Below are positions 11,692 to 21,741 of a DNA stretch of 59,951 bases, piece after piece. The stretch's first letter is position 1, and every line of letters starts with the position of its first letter. The notes under the pieces are model-generated. The model was not told the origin of the DNA. It did no database searches and saw only the letters and a list, made by a program, of their open reading frames with translations. The stretch is from Escherichia coli (lineage in GTDB: Bacteria; Pseudomonadota; Gammaproteobacteria; Enterobacterales; Enterobacteriaceae), in the NCBI RefSeq assembly GCF_003334335.1, contig NZ_QOWQ01000031.1, one strand, 5' to 3'. Made by a program: the position numbers and the translations under genes.

Positions 11692-13056
11692 TCAAATTAC
11701 CGCCCATACGCACCAGGTAATTAAGAATCCGGTAAAACCGAGAATGGTCGTTAACACTGTCCAGGTTTTCAGACCGTCTGCTACCGATAACCCCAGATAT
11801 TTGGTCACAATCCAGAACCCTGAGTCATTAATATGTGACGCACCAAGCCCACCAAAGCAGGCTGCCAGCGTCACCAATACGCACTGAATCGGATTCAATC
11901 CCATCACCGCTTCTGAGAGTAACCCGCCGGTTGTCAGTATTGCTACGGTTGCTGACCCCTGCGATGCACGCAGCGCCAGTGAAATAATAAATGCGGCTGG
12001 TAACAGAGGCAGGTCAATCATTTGTAGCATGTTGGCAAGGGCTTTGCCGACGCCCGATTCCACCAGCACTTTGCCAAATACCCCTCCAGCACCAGTAACC
12101 AAAATCACTACCGCCGCAGTAGGAAGCGCTGAGCCCATAATGTCGCTGGTGTGTTGTAAGCTCCAGCCGCGACGTAAAGCCAATAACCAGAATGCCAGCA
12201 CCAGCGCAATCATTAGAGCTACCATTGGTGAGCCGATCAGCTGTAGCGTACCAAGCAGGGGATGCGAAGGCGGCATCAGTGTTGCGGAAACCGTACCCGC
12301 CATGATAATCGCGATAGGAATAACAATTAGCGAGGTGACCAGCGCGACGCCCGGTGGATTTATTTTATCGCTTAATTTTGTCGCGCCTTCCTCACTGGCC
12401 GGAGCCAGTTGCATCTGTTCCAGTACTTCTACTGACATCGCATATTGGCGCTTATTGATTATTTTCGCTGCAAAGTAGCCAACAACCCCTACGGGAATAG
12501 AAATCGCAATACCGATGATGGTTAGCCAGCCGATGTCTGCGTGGAGTAACCCCGCTGCGGCGACAGGGCCTGGATGCGGCGGTACCGCCACGTGAACAGT
12601 GAGCATGATCCCAGCGACAGGCAGGCCAAATTTGAGTGGCGATATTTTGGCAACCTTGGCAAAACCGTAAATGATTGGCGCAAGAATAATAAAGCCGACA
12701 TCAAAGAAGACGGGAATACCGAGGAAGAACGCTGCCAGAGTCAGCGCAGCGATAGTTCGTTTGTCACCTAACTTGCGACTGAAATAATTAGCCAGTGACT
12801 CTGCACCACCAGAGTGTTCGATCATACGCCCCAGCATAGCGCCCAGACCAATAATAATAGTGACGGAACCAAGCACACCGCCCATCCCGGCGATCATCAC
12901 TTTACCCACTTCGCCCGCCGGTATACCCGCCGCAAGTGCGACTAACAGGCTGACGAGGAGCAGAGCAACGAATGGTTGTACCTTTGCCTTGATGGCCAGC
13001 AGCAACAGCATGATTACGCCAGTTAACGCAATGCATAACAATGTAATTGTGGACAT
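11692..13056 (-). CDS. ygbN: GntP-family acid-sugar:H+ symporter
   Basis: 454-aa polytopic membrane ORF; last gene of the ygbJKLMN cluster. Confidence 0.85.
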   Translation of the reverse strand: MSTITLLCIALTGVIMLLLLAIKAKVQPFVALLLVSLLVALAAGIPAGEVGKVMIAGMGGVLGSVTIIIGLGAMLGRMIEHSGGAESLANYFSRKLGDKRTIAALTLAAFFLGIPVFFDVGFIILAPIIYGFAKVAKISPLKFGLPVAGIMLTVHVAVPPHPGPVAAAGLLHADIGWLTIIGIAISIPVGVVGYFAAKIINKRQYAMSVEVLEQMQLAPASEEGATKLSDKINPPGVALVTSLIVIPIAIIMAGTVSATLMPPSHPLLGTLQLIGSPMVALMIALVLAFWLLALRRGWSLQHTSDIMGSALPTAAVVILVTGAGGVFGKVLVESGVGKALANMLQMIDLPLLPAAFIISLALRASQGSATVAILTTGGLLSEAVMGLNPIQCVLVTLAACFGGLGASHINDSGFWIVTKYLGLSVADGLKTWTVLTTILGFTGFLITWCVWAVI

Positions 13057-13144
13057 GGGAAACCCTGTCTGAAAGTTATAGTTAACCTACCCCATCCGTA
13101 GATGGGGGGATGTATGGGTACGTTGTAATTAGGGATTTAACGAA

Positions 13145-13921
13145 TTAGCGCCAGGCGTCAAACCAGCCAAGCCCTTCTTCGGTGAGGCCACGAGGTTTAT
13201 ATTCACAACCGATCCAGCCCTGATATCCCACCTCATCGAACAGGCGGAACAGCCACGGATAGTTGATTTCTCCATCGTCCGGTTCATGTCGATCAGGTAG
13301 TCCGGCAATTTGTACGTGCGCATATTTCCCGGCGTAGTCGCGGATTAAATGCGTCAGGTTGCCATCTACTTTTTGCGCATGAAAAGTATCTAGTTGAATA
13401 AACACGTTATCTCGCGCAACTTCTTCAACAATAGCCAGTGCCTGATACTGGCTGGAGAAGAGATAATGAGGCTTAACGCCGGGGCTGAGTGCTTCAACTA
13501 ATATTCGCTTGCCGTGTGGCGCAAAGCGGTCGGCAGCGTAGCGGAGATTATCGATAAATACTGCCCGGTACCGTTCAGCATCTTCGCCAGCGGGCACGAC
13601 GCCTGCCATCACATGGACTTGTTCACAATTGAGCGCCAATGCATATTCCAGTGCCAGGTCGATGTCTGCGTGTGCTTCGTGCTCACGTCCGGGAAGGGCG
13701 GATAATCCCCATTCCCCCGCATTAATATCTCCGGGAGCGGTATTGAACAGCGCCAGTGTCAGATGGTTTTGCTCCAGTTGCTTTTGGATTTGCAGGGTGG
13801 AGTAGTCATAGGGAAACAGAAATTCCACAGCATCGAACCCGGCTTTTCGCGCTGCGGCGAAGCGTTCAATAAAAGGCACTTCGGTGAACATCATGGATAA
13901 ATTAGCTGCAAAACGAGGCAT
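13145..13921 (-). CDS. ygbM: 2-oxo-tetronate isomerase (hydroxypyruvate-isomerase-like TIM barrel; OtnI)
   Basis: 258-aa ORF; xylose-isomerase-like fold family; conserved synteny. Confidence 0.8.
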   Translation of the reverse strand: MPRFAANLSMMFTEVPFIERFAAARKAGFDAVEFLFPYDYSTLQIQKQLEQNHLTLALFNTAPGDINAGEWGLSALPGREHEAHADIDLALEYALALNCEQVHVMAGVVPAGEDAERYRAVFIDNLRYAADRFAPHGKRILVEALSPGVKPHYLFSSQYQALAIVEEVARDNVFIQLDTFHAQKVDGNLTHLIRDYAGKYAHVQIAGLPDRHEPDDGEINYPWLFRLFDEVGYQGWIGCEYKPRGLTEEGLGWFDAWR

Positions 13922-13925
13922 TGCA

Positions 13926-14564
13926 TTAACTCCTTAATTCCGCAATTTCACCTGCGGTCAGATAACGGATCGGGCGGTCACCGAGAATAAAAATCAGCTT
14001 TGCCGTTTCCTCCAGCTCTTCCATATTGTTGGCGGCTTCTTGCAGGCTTTCACCGCAAACCACTGGGCCATGATTTGCCAGTAAAAAAGCCTGATTGTCT
14101 GCTGCCAGTTCCGCCAGATCCTGTGCGATGCGTTTATCGCCCGGTCGGTAATAAGGCACCAGCGGGACATTTCCCATCCGCATCACCACGTATGGTGTGA
14201 ACGGACGAATAACGTTGCTGCTGTCCAGCCCTTGCAGGCAGGAAAGCGCCGTCGACCATGTGCTGTGCAAATGCACCACCGCTTTACAACGCGGATTGTT
14301 GCGATACAGCGCCAGATGAAAGAGCACCTCTTTCGAGGGTTTGTCACCACTTAACCATTCGCCATCCGCGGCGACTTTGGAAAGCCGCTGCGGATCGAGA
14401 TTGCCCAGGCATGAACCTGTCGGTGTCGCCAGTAAATTCCCGTCAGGTAAAAGCAGCGACAGATTGCCAGCCGAACCGGTTGCATAGCCGCGCTGAAAGA
14501 ATGAACTGGCAATCCGCGTCATCTCCTCTCGCAAAGACTGCTCTACTTTTGCGAAATCGCTCAT
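13926..14564 (-). CDS. ygbL: 3-oxo-tetronate 4-phosphate decarboxylase (class II aldolase/adducin family; OtnC)
   Basis: 212-aa ORF; class II aldolase family. Confidence 0.8.
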   Translation of the reverse strand: MSDFAKVEQSLREEMTRIASSFFQRGYATGSAGNLSLLLPDGNLLATPTGSCLGNLDPQRLSKVAADGEWLSGDKPSKEVLFHLALYRNNPRCKAVVHLHSTWSTALSCLQGLDSSNVIRPFTPYVVMRMGNVPLVPYYRPGDKRIAQDLAELAADNQAFLLANHGPVVCGESLQEAANNMEELEETAKLIFILGDRPIRYLTAGEIAELRS

Positions 14565-15823
14565 GATAAAAACTCTCTTTGGGCTCGTGAAAAAAAGGCG
14601 TCATCACCGAAGTTGCCAGATTTAAGGGCGAGTGAGACAGGCTTATCCAGTGCGTTTACCCACGGCACGCCGGGGGAAATGGTTGGGCCAATATGAAACC
14701 CTTTTATTCCCAGGCTCTGTGTGACTACGCCGGAGGTCTCACCGCCTGCGACAATAAAGCGTGTCACGCCTTCCGCTGCTAACCGCGCCGCTAGTTGAGA
14801 AAACAGTGTTTCTACTGCCTGACTGGCTTTTTGTGCACCGTATTGCTGTTGAATTGCTGCCAATGCGTCAGTGCTGGCGGTGGCAAAAACCAGTGGAGCA
14901 AGTACACTTTCCTGGCCCAGAACCCACTCTGCCAGTTCGTGTGCATAAGCGGCCAGAGTTTCAATTGAGAGGCAGCGTGCCACATCAACTTCACGGGCTG
15001 GTGCAATTTGACGGTAATGTGCTACCTGGCGGTTGGTCATTTGAGAGCATGAACCGGAGAGCACTACGCCGCGCCCAGCGAGCGGACGCCCTGCTTTGCG
15101 AGCCTGGTTACCGTTTTCTTGCGCCCACTGCCGGGCCAGGCCAATCGCCAGACCAGAACCGCCCGTTACCAGTGGGGCATCGCGCAAGGCTTCTCCCTGA
15201 ATTTCCAGATGGTGTTCGGTCAGCGCATCAAGCACCGCGTAGCGGTAGCCCTCTTGCTGTAAGCGAGCCAGCTCTTGACGAACGGCATCCACACCTTGTT
15301 CGAAAACATGTGCCGAAACGACGCCGCAGCGCCCTGTGGATTGCGCTTCAACCAGACGGGGAAGATAGCTGTCGGTCATGGGATTTACCGGGTGATGGCG
15401 CATCCCGGATTCGGCCAGCAGTTGATTCATTACGAACAAATACCCCTGATAAACCGTACGTCCGTTGACCGGCAGGGCCGGAGAGAAGACCGTAAACGGC
15501 GTGTCGAGAGCATCCATTAAGGCATCGGTAACCGGGCCAATATTACCTTTCGCCGTACTGTCGAAAGTAGAGCAGTATTTGAAATAGATCTGTTTGCAAC
15601 CTTGCTGTTGCAACCAGCTCAGAGCCGCCAGCGATTGCTGTGTGGCTTCAACCACTGGACAGGAGCGCGTTTTCAGGCTGATCACCAGTGCGTCGATTGC
15701 TTCCGGCATTTTACCTGTTGGAACACCGTTAATTTGTACCGTTGGTAGACCGTTTTCCACCAGAAAACTGGCGATATCCGTCGCGCCGGTAAAATCATCG
15801 GCGATAACGCCAATCTTGATCAT
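14561..15823 (-). CDS. ygbK: 3-oxo-tetronate kinase (DUF1537 four-carbon acid-sugar kinase family; OtnK)
   Basis: 420-aa ORF starting MIKIGVIADDFTGATD; overlaps ygbL and ygbJ by 4 bp each. Confidence 0.8.
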   Translation of the reverse strand: MIKIGVIADDFTGATDIASFLVENGLPTVQINGVPTGKMPEAIDALVISLKTRSCPVVEATQQSLAALSWLQQQGCKQIYFKYCSTFDSTAKGNIGPVTDALMDALDTPFTVFSPALPVNGRTVYQGYLFVMNQLLAESGMRHHPVNPMTDSYLPRLVEAQSTGRCGVVSAHVFEQGVDAVRQELARLQQEGYRYAVLDALTEHHLEIQGEALRDAPLVTGGSGLAIGLARQWAQENGNQARKAGRPLAGRGVVLSGSCSQMTNRQVAHYRQIAPAREVDVARCLSIETLAAYAHELAEWVLGQESVLAPLVFATASTDALAAIQQQYGAQKASQAVETLFSQLAARLAAEGVTRFIVAGGETSGVVTQSLGIKGFHIGPTISPGVPWVNALDKPVSLALKSGNFGDDAFFSRAQREFLS

Positions 15824-16728
15824 GATTTCGCTCCCGGTAGAGTGATGCCAGAGAAAATCTTGATAACTGCGCTATCGTCTTCTTTCCCGTAACCCGCGTT
15901 ACTGGCGCTGGTGAACATATTCAATGCTGTTGAGGCCAATGGCAGCGGGAAGTGCAGGGCTTTGGCTGTATCGGCAACCAGACCAAGATCCTTAACAAAA
16001 ATATCGACGGCTGAATGCGGGGTGTAATCGCCATCCACCACATGACGCATCCGGTTTTCGAACATCCAGGAATTTCCGGCGGCATTGGTCACGACGTCAT
16101 ACATCACATCCAGCGGGATCCCCGCACGGGCTGCAAGTGCCATCGCTTCGGCTCCGGCAGCAATATGTACGCCCGCTAACAACTGGTGAATAATTTTTAC
16201 GGTCGAACCTAGTCCCGGTTCTGCACCTATGCGATAAACTTTTCCGGCAACGGCTTCCAGCACGGGTGCCAGTCGTTCAAAGGCAATATCGCTACCGGAG
16301 GCCATGATAGTCATTTCACCGTTAGCGGCTTTTACTGCACCACCAGAAACTGGCGCATCCAGCATTTCCAGATCGAATCCAGCCAGAGCGGTAGCAATTT
16401 CTTGCGCATCAGCACTAGCGATAGTGGAAGAAACCATTACTGCCGTACCGGGTTTCAGATGTTGTGCAACGCCTGTTTCACCAAACAGCACCTGTTTAAC
16501 CTGGGCCGCATTGACCACCAGCACCAGCAGTGCGTCCAGTTTTTCGGCAAACGTCGCGGCGTTATCAGAAACCCCGCAAGCACCTGCCTCTTTCAACGTA
16601 GCGCAGGCATTGCTGTTCAGGTCTGCGCCCCAGGTAGAAAGACCTGCGCGGACACATGACAGTGCTGCTCCCATTCCCATTGACCCTAAGCCAACGATAC
16701 CGACATGAAACTCAGATCCCGTTTTCAT
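15820..16728 (-). CDS. ygbJ: L-threonate dehydrogenase (3-hydroxyisobutyrate dehydrogenase family; LtnD)
   Basis: 302-aa ORF with N-terminal Rossmann motif GIVGLGSMG. Confidence 0.8.
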   Translation of the reverse strand: MKTGSEFHVGIVGLGSMGMGAALSCVRAGLSTWGADLNSNACATLKEAGACGVSDNAATFAEKLDALLVLVVNAAQVKQVLFGETGVAQHLKPGTAVMVSSTIASADAQEIATALAGFDLEMLDAPVSGGAVKAANGEMTIMASGSDIAFERLAPVLEAVAGKVYRIGAEPGLGSTVKIIHQLLAGVHIAAGAEAMALAARAGIPLDVMYDVVTNAAGNSWMFENRMRHVVDGDYTPHSAVDIFVKDLGLVADTAKALHFPLPLASTALNMFTSASNAGYGKEDDSAVIKIFSGITLPGAKS

Positions 16729-16893
16729 CTGCTCTCCTTGTTAATTTAAGTGATATTTTGTTTGATATTGTGAATATAAGCGCTGGAAGATAACGATATG
16801 GTGATCTGATTCACATAAATTAACATTGTGTGTTATTTTATGTGAACTAAGCGTTAGTTGCGCCGCGCACGTTTCGCAGGCAAATAGCGTAGA

Positions 16894-17691
16894 ATGTCAG
16901 CAGGACAAAGGAAGGAGCAAAAGTTGATACCCGTAGAGCGTCGCCAAATCATCCTTGAGATGGTAGCTGAAAAAGGCATTGTCAGTATTGCTGAACTAAC
17001 GGACAGAATGAATGTGTCACATATGACCATTCGTCGGGATTTACAAAAACTGGAGCAGCAGGGAGCCGTTGTGCTGGTGTCCGGAGGCGTCCAGTCTCCG
17101 GGACGCGTGGCGCATGAACCTTCTCATCAGGTAAAAACTGCGCTGGCAATGACGCAAAAAGCGGCTATTGGCAAGCTGGCGGCAAGTCTTGTTCAGCCGG
17201 GAAGTTGTATCTATCTGGATGCGGGAACGACCACGTTAGCGATAGCACAGCATCTGATTCACATGGAGTCACTGACTGTGGTCACAAACGATTTCGTTAT
17301 TGCGGACTACTTGCTCGACAACAGTAATTGCACAATTATTCACACTGGCGGTGCAGTGTGTCGGGAAAACCGTTCCTGTGTCGGGGAAGCCGCTGCGACC
17401 ATGCTGCGCAGCCTGATGATTGATCAGGCTTTTATTTCTGCATCGTCATGGAGTGTGCGGGGGATTTCTACGCCAGCGGAAGATAAAGTCACGGTGAAAC
17501 GGGCGATTGCCAGTGCCAGCCGCCAGCGAGTTTTGGTCTGTGATGCGACGAAATATGGTCAGGTGGCGACATGGCTGGCGTTACCATTAAGCGAGTTTGA
17601 TCAGATTATTACAGACGACGGTTTGCCGGAGAGTGCCAGTCGCGCGCTGGTGAAGCAGGATCTCTCTTTGCTGGTAGCGAAAAATGAATAA
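16894..17691 (+). CDS. ygbI: DeoR-family transcriptional regulator
   Basis: N-terminal HTH and C-terminal DeoR sugar-binding domain; divergent from ygbJ. The true start may be the TTG at 16924 (255 aa). Confidence 0.8.
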   Translation: MSAGQRKEQKLIPVERRQIILEMVAEKGIVSIAELTDRMNVSHMTIRRDLQKLEQQGAVVLVSGGVQSPGRVAHEPSHQVKTALAMTQKAAIGKLAASLVQPGSCIYLDAGTTTLAIAQHLIHMESLTVVTNDFVIADYLLDNSNCTIIHTGGAVCRENRSCVGEAAATMLRSLMIDQAFISASSWSVRGISTPAEDKVTVKRAIASASRQRVLVCDATKYGQVATWLALPLSEFDQIITDDGLPESASRALVKQDLSLLVAKNE

Positions 17692-17741
17692 TGGCCTGCA
17701 ATAACACCGGGTTACTCATGCTTCACAGAAGAAGCATGAGA

Positions 17742-18398
17742 CTACTTTATTTTATAAAATGACAGCCGCCCGCTGTTCGGCGATCCGGTATCAATATAAA
17801 TCTGGTTAGCGAACGTCTGAATGTTATCAAACATCATATGTCCAAATATAAAATAATCAGCGCCGTTTATTTGTTGTAACTCGCCATTAAGCGATTTCTG
17901 CACACGATCAACAGGCCAGAGTAATTCGCTCTCCGCTATTTCTTTACCAAAGAGATATTCACTCCCCGGATAATCTGCATGTGCGATGGCATATTTTATG
18001 TTGTCGTTAGTGATTTCAATAATATGTGGAAGGTGATGGAATTTCAGCAACAGATCTATTGCCTCTTGTTGCTCTGAATCATTTAAATCGAAAAACCAGT
18101 CACCACCGCTGGCAAGCCACATATTGCCATCGCCAGTTTCGAATGCCTCAAGCGCCATCGCTTCGTGGTTGCCTTTAACCGACGTAAACCAGGGTTGGTT
18201 TAGCAGGCGCAGGACGTCAAGACTCTCCGGTCCACGATCAATATTATCGCCGACAGAAATAAGTAAGTCGATTTCGGGGAAAAAAGAGAGTTGATGTAAG
18301 CGGGATTGTAATAACTGATATTCACCATGAATATCACCAACGACCCATATATGGCGATAGTGATGGGCATTGATTTTTTGATAGCGTGTAGATGGCAT
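17742..18398 (-). CDS. pphB: Serine/threonine protein phosphatase 2 (metallophosphatase)
   Basis: 218-aa ORF with GDIHGE motif. Confidence 0.85.
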   Translation of the reverse strand: MPSTRYQKINAHHYRHIWVVGDIHGEYQLLQSRLHQLSFFPEIDLLISVGDNIDRGPESLDVLRLLNQPWFTSVKGNHEAMALEAFETGDGNMWLASGGDWFFDLNDSEQQEAIDLLLKFHHLPHIIEITNDNIKYAIAHADYPGSEYLFGKEIAESELLWPVDRVQKSLNGELQQINGADYFIFGHMMFDNIQTFANQIYIDTGSPNSGRLSFYKIK

Positions 18399-18503
18399 GG
18401 TTTTACCCTGTAAAATAAGCTTTCCTATTATACAGGGTGTTTTTATTTTATTCGTCAGTTGTCGTTAATATTCCCGATAGCAAAAGACTATCGGGAATTG
18501 TTA

Positions 18504-21065
18504 TTACACCAGGCTCTTCAAGCGATAAATCCACTCCAGCGCCTGACGCGGGGTGAGTGAATCCGGATCAAGATTTTCCAGAGCTTCGACCGCAGGCGAA
18601 GTTTCTTCTGGTACTGACAGCAAAGACATTTGCGTACCATCCACTTGCGTAGCGGCGGCGTTCGGCGAAATGCTTTCCAGCTCACGCAGCTTTTGCCGTG
18701 CGCGCTTAATAACCTCTTTTGGCACGCCTGCCAGAGCTGCAACCGCCAGGCCGTAGCTTTTGCTCGCCGCGCCATCCTGCACGCTGTGCATAAAGGCAAT
18801 GGTGTCGCCGTGCTCCAGTGCATCGAGATGCACGTTAGCGACGCCTTCCATTTTCTCCGGTAACTGGGTCAGCTCGAAATAGTGGGTAGCAAATAACGTC
18901 AATGCCTTAATCTTATTCGCCAGATTTTCCGCGCACGCCCACGCCAGCGACAGACCATCGTAGGTGGACGTTCCACGCCCGATCTCATCCATTAACACCA
19001 GACTGTATTCGGTGGCGTTATGTAAAATATTGGCGGTTTCAGTCATCTCCACCATAAAGGTTGAGCGCCCGGACGCCAGGTCATCTGCCGCGCCTACGCG
19101 GGTAAAGATGCGATCGATAGGTCCAATCTCGACTTTTTGTGCCGGTACATAGCTGCCGATGTAGGCCATCAGCGCAATCAGTGCGGTCTGGCGCATATAG
19201 GTACTTTTACCGCCCATGTTCGGACCGGTGATGATCAACATGCGGCGCTGCGGCGACAGATTCAGCGGGTTGGCGATAAATGGCTCATTCAGTACTTGTT
19301 CAACTACCGGATGGCGACCTTCGGTAATGCGAATGCCCGGTTTATCAATGAAGGTCGGGCAGGTGTAGTTCAGGGTATAGGCCCGTTCCGCCAGGTTAAC
19401 CAGCACGTCGAGTTCCGCCAGCGCGCTCGCGCTCTGTTGCAACGCTTCCAGATGCGGCAACAGCAGGTCGAACAGCTCTTCATAAAGCTGTTTTTCCAGT
19501 GCCAGTGCTTTGCCTTTTGAGGTGAGAACTTTATCTTCGTACTCTTTTAGCTCTGGAATGATGTAGCGCTCGGCGTTTTTCAGCGTCTGGCGACGCATGT
19601 AGTTGATGGGTGCCAGATGGCTTTGCCCACGGCTGATTTGAATGTAGTAGCCGTGCACCGCATTAAAGCCAACTTTCAGCGTGTCCAGGCCGGTACGTTC
19701 ACGCTCGCGGACTTCCAGACGCTCCAGATAATCGGTCGCGCCGTCAGCCAGCGCGCGCCACTCATCCAGCTCTTCGTTATAGCCCGATGCGATAACACCA
19801 CCGTCGCGTACCAGCACCGGCGGTGTGTCGATGATTGCTCGCTCCAGCAGATCGCGCAGCTCGGCAAACTCGCCCATCTTCTCACGTAGCGCCTGTACCG
19901 GTGCACTATCGACAGTTTCTAACTGCGCACGCAGCTCCGGCAGTTGCTGGAAAGCGTGGCGCATACGGGCCAGATCGCGTGGGCGAGCAGTTCGTAAAGC
20001 CAGACGTGCCAGAATACGTTCCAGGTCGCCGACCTGACGCAGTACCGGCTGTAGCCCGGCGGTGAAATCCTGCAATGCGCCAATAGTTTGCTGGCGCTCA
20101 AGCAACACGCGGGTATCGCGCACTGGCATATGCAGCCAGCGTTTCAGCATACGGCTGCCCATCGGCGTGACGGTGCAGTCGAGCACAGAAGCCAGCGTAT
20201 TTTCCGCACCACCCGCCAGGTTCTGGGTGATTTCCAGATTACGACGCGTCGCGGCATCCATAATGATGCTGTCCTGCTCACGTTCCATGGTGATGGAACG
20301 AATATGCGGCAGAGTCGTACGTTGGGTATCTTTCGCATACTGCAACAGACAACCGGCAGCACAAAGTCCGCGCGGCGCGTTCTCGACGCCAAAACCGACC
20401 AGATCGCGGGTCCCAAATTGCAGATTCAACTGCTGGCGCGCGGTGTCGATTTCAAACTCCCACAGCGGGCGACGGCGCAGGCCGCGACGGCCTTCAATTA
20501 ACGACATTTCAGCAAAATCTTCTGCATACAGCAGTTCCGCAGGATTAGTGCGTTGCAGTTCTGCCGCCATCGTTTCGCGGTCAGCCGGTTCGCTCAGGCG
20601 AAAACGCCCGGAACTGATATCCAGCGTCGCGTAGCCGAAACCTTTGCTGTCCTGCCAGATAGCCGCCAGCAGGTTGTCCTGACGCTCCTGCAACAGGGCT
20701 TCATCGCTGATGGTGCCTGGCGTAACGATACGTACAACTTTGCGCTCAACCGGACCTTTGCTGGTCGCCGGATCGCCAATTTGTTCGCAGATGGCAACGG
20801 ACTCTCCCTGATTCACCAGTTTGGCGAGATAGTTTTCCACCGCATGGTAGGGAATCCCCGCCATCGGGATCGGCTCTCCCGCCGAAGCACCGCGTTTGGT
20901 CAGTGAAATATCCAGCAGTTGCGACGCGCGTTTTGCGTCGTCATAAAACAGTTCATAAAAATCACCCATCCGGTAAAACAGCAGGATCTCGGGATGCTGG
21001 GCTTTCAGCCTGAGATACTGCTGCATCATGGGCGTATGGGCGTCGAAATTTTCTATTGCACTCAT
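18504..21065 (-). CDS. mutS: DNA mismatch repair protein MutS
   Basis: 853-aa ORF with Walker [14 protein letters not shown]; appears intact. Confidence 0.95.
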   Translation of the reverse strand: MSAIENFDAHTPMMQQYLRLKAQHPEILLFYRMGDFYELFYDDAKRASQLLDISLTKRGASAGEPIPMAGIPYHAVENYLAKLVNQGESVAICEQIGDPATSKGPVERKVVRIVTPGTISDEALLQERQDNLLAAIWQDSKGFGYATLDISSGRFRLSEPADRETMAAELQRTNPAELLYAEDFAEMSLIEGRRGLRRRPLWEFEIDTARQQLNLQFGTRDLVGFGVENAPRGLCAAGCLLQYAKDTQRTTLPHIRSITMEREQDSIIMDAATRRNLEITQNLAGGAENTLASVLDCTVTPMGSRMLKRWLHMPVRDTRVLLERQQTIGALQDFTAGLQPVLRQVGDLERILARLALRTARPRDLARMRHAFQQLPELRAQLETVDSAPVQALREKMGEFAELRDLLERAIIDTPPVLVRDGGVIASGYNEELDEWRALADGATDYLERLEVRERERTGLDTLKVGFNAVHGYYIQISRGQSHLAPINYMRRQTLKNAERYIIPELKEYEDKVLTSKGKALALEKQLYEELFDLLLPHLEALQQSASALAELDVLVNLAERAYTLNYTCPTFIDKPGIRITEGRHPVVEQVLNEPFIANPLNLSPQRRMLIITGPNMGGKSTYMRQTALIALMAYIGSYVPAQKVEIGPIDRIFTRVGAADDLASGRSTFMVEMTETANILHNATEYSLVLMDEIGRGTSTYDGLSLAWACAENLANKIKALTLFATHYFELTQLPEKMEGVANVHLDALEHGDTIAFMHSVQDGAASKSYGLAVAALAGVPKEVIKRARQKLRELESISPNAAATQVDGTQMSLLSVPEETSPAVEALENLDPDSLTPRQALEWIYRLKSLV

Positions 21066-21311
21066 GGGGTTATGTCCGGTTCCCTGATATTAAATGGGGT
21101 GTGATGGTTTTTATTTTCGTTGTAATCACATAAGGCGCACATGATACCGGAGTTAATCATTTCAGGGGAAGAAGCGAACGGCGAGTTCTTGATGCTGGTT
21201 CCGGGAAAGATGCTGTTTTGCAGCTTTTGCGTGATGCTTATGAAGCAAGTACGCAAAATTGTATCGGTTGGCTAACCCTTCTTCTTTGGAGTCATAGTGC
21301 CCTTTAAGATT

Positions 21312-21334
21312 AAGATGTAATATAAATACATCTT
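21312..21334. promoter_or_regulatory. NsrR-type operator (AAGATGTAATATAAATACATCTT) upstream of ygbA
   Basis: Inverted repeat with AAGATG/CATCTT arms, 18 bp upstream of the ygbA ATG; ygbA is a known NsrR target. Confidence 0.6.
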
Positions 21335-21351
21335 AATGAGGTGGAGGCAGC

Positions 21352-21705
21352 ATGTCCGGCAAGCGTATCTCTCGTGAAAAACTGACGATTAAAAAAATGA
21401 TCGATCTTTATCAAGCGAAATGCCCGCAGGCGTCAGCGGAGCCGGAGCATTACGAGGCGTTGTTTGTTTACGCGCAAAAGCGGCTGGATAAATGTGTGTT
21501 CGGCGAAGAGAAACCAGCCTGTAAGCAGTGTCCGGTGCACTGTTACCAGCCTGCAAAGCGTGAAGAGATGAAACAGATTATGCGTTGGGCCGGGCCGAGA
21601 ATGCTGTGGCGTCATCCGATCTTAACCGTGCGTCATCTCATCGATGACAAGCGTCCGGTGCCAGAACTGCCGGAAAAATATCGTCCGAAAAAACCTCATG
21701 AATAG
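21352..21705 (+). CDS. ygbA: NsrR-regulated protein YgbA (function unknown)
   Basis: 117-aa ORF with cysteine-rich region; conserved position between mutS and fhlA. Confidence 0.8.
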   Translation: MSGKRISREKLTIKKMIDLYQAKCPQASAEPEHYEALFVYAQKRLDKCVFGEEKPACKQCPVHCYQPAKREEMKQIMRWAGPRMLWRHPILTVRHLIDDKRPVPELPEKYRPKKPHE

Positions 21706-21708
21706 TAT

Positions 21709-21732
21709 GCCGGACAGGCAGATCTGTCCGGC
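21709..21732. terminator. Hairpin between convergent ygbA and fhlA
   Basis: GCCGGACAG-GCAGAT-CTGTCCGGC, a 9-bp perfect stem in a 36-bp intergenic gap; weak flanking T/A runs. Confidence 0.45.
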
Positions 21733-21741
21733 AATTTGCAG

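Noticed and set aside
13057-13144. Hairpin CCCCATC-CGTA-GATGGGG between ygbM and ygbN as a terminator
   Set aside because: The stem lies inside an operon-internal spacer and lacks a U-tract on the coding (minus) strand. More likely a minor RNA structure than a terminator.
16894-16923. N-terminal 10 codons of the ygbI ORF (MSAGQRKEQK) as a genuine extension
   Set aside because: Uncertain. The ATG at 16894 gives 265 aa, but the TTG at 16924 gives a 255-aa product. Start site cannot be decided from sequence alone, so the longer ORF is reported with a caveat.
18399-18503. Two hairpins between pphB and mutS (about 18407-18437 and 18467-18493) as terminators
   Set aside because: The stems are real, but the T-run follows the first hairpin on the plus strand where no upstream plus-strand gene ends nearby, and the mutS-side hairpin lacks a U-tract. 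Function is ambiguous, so not called.
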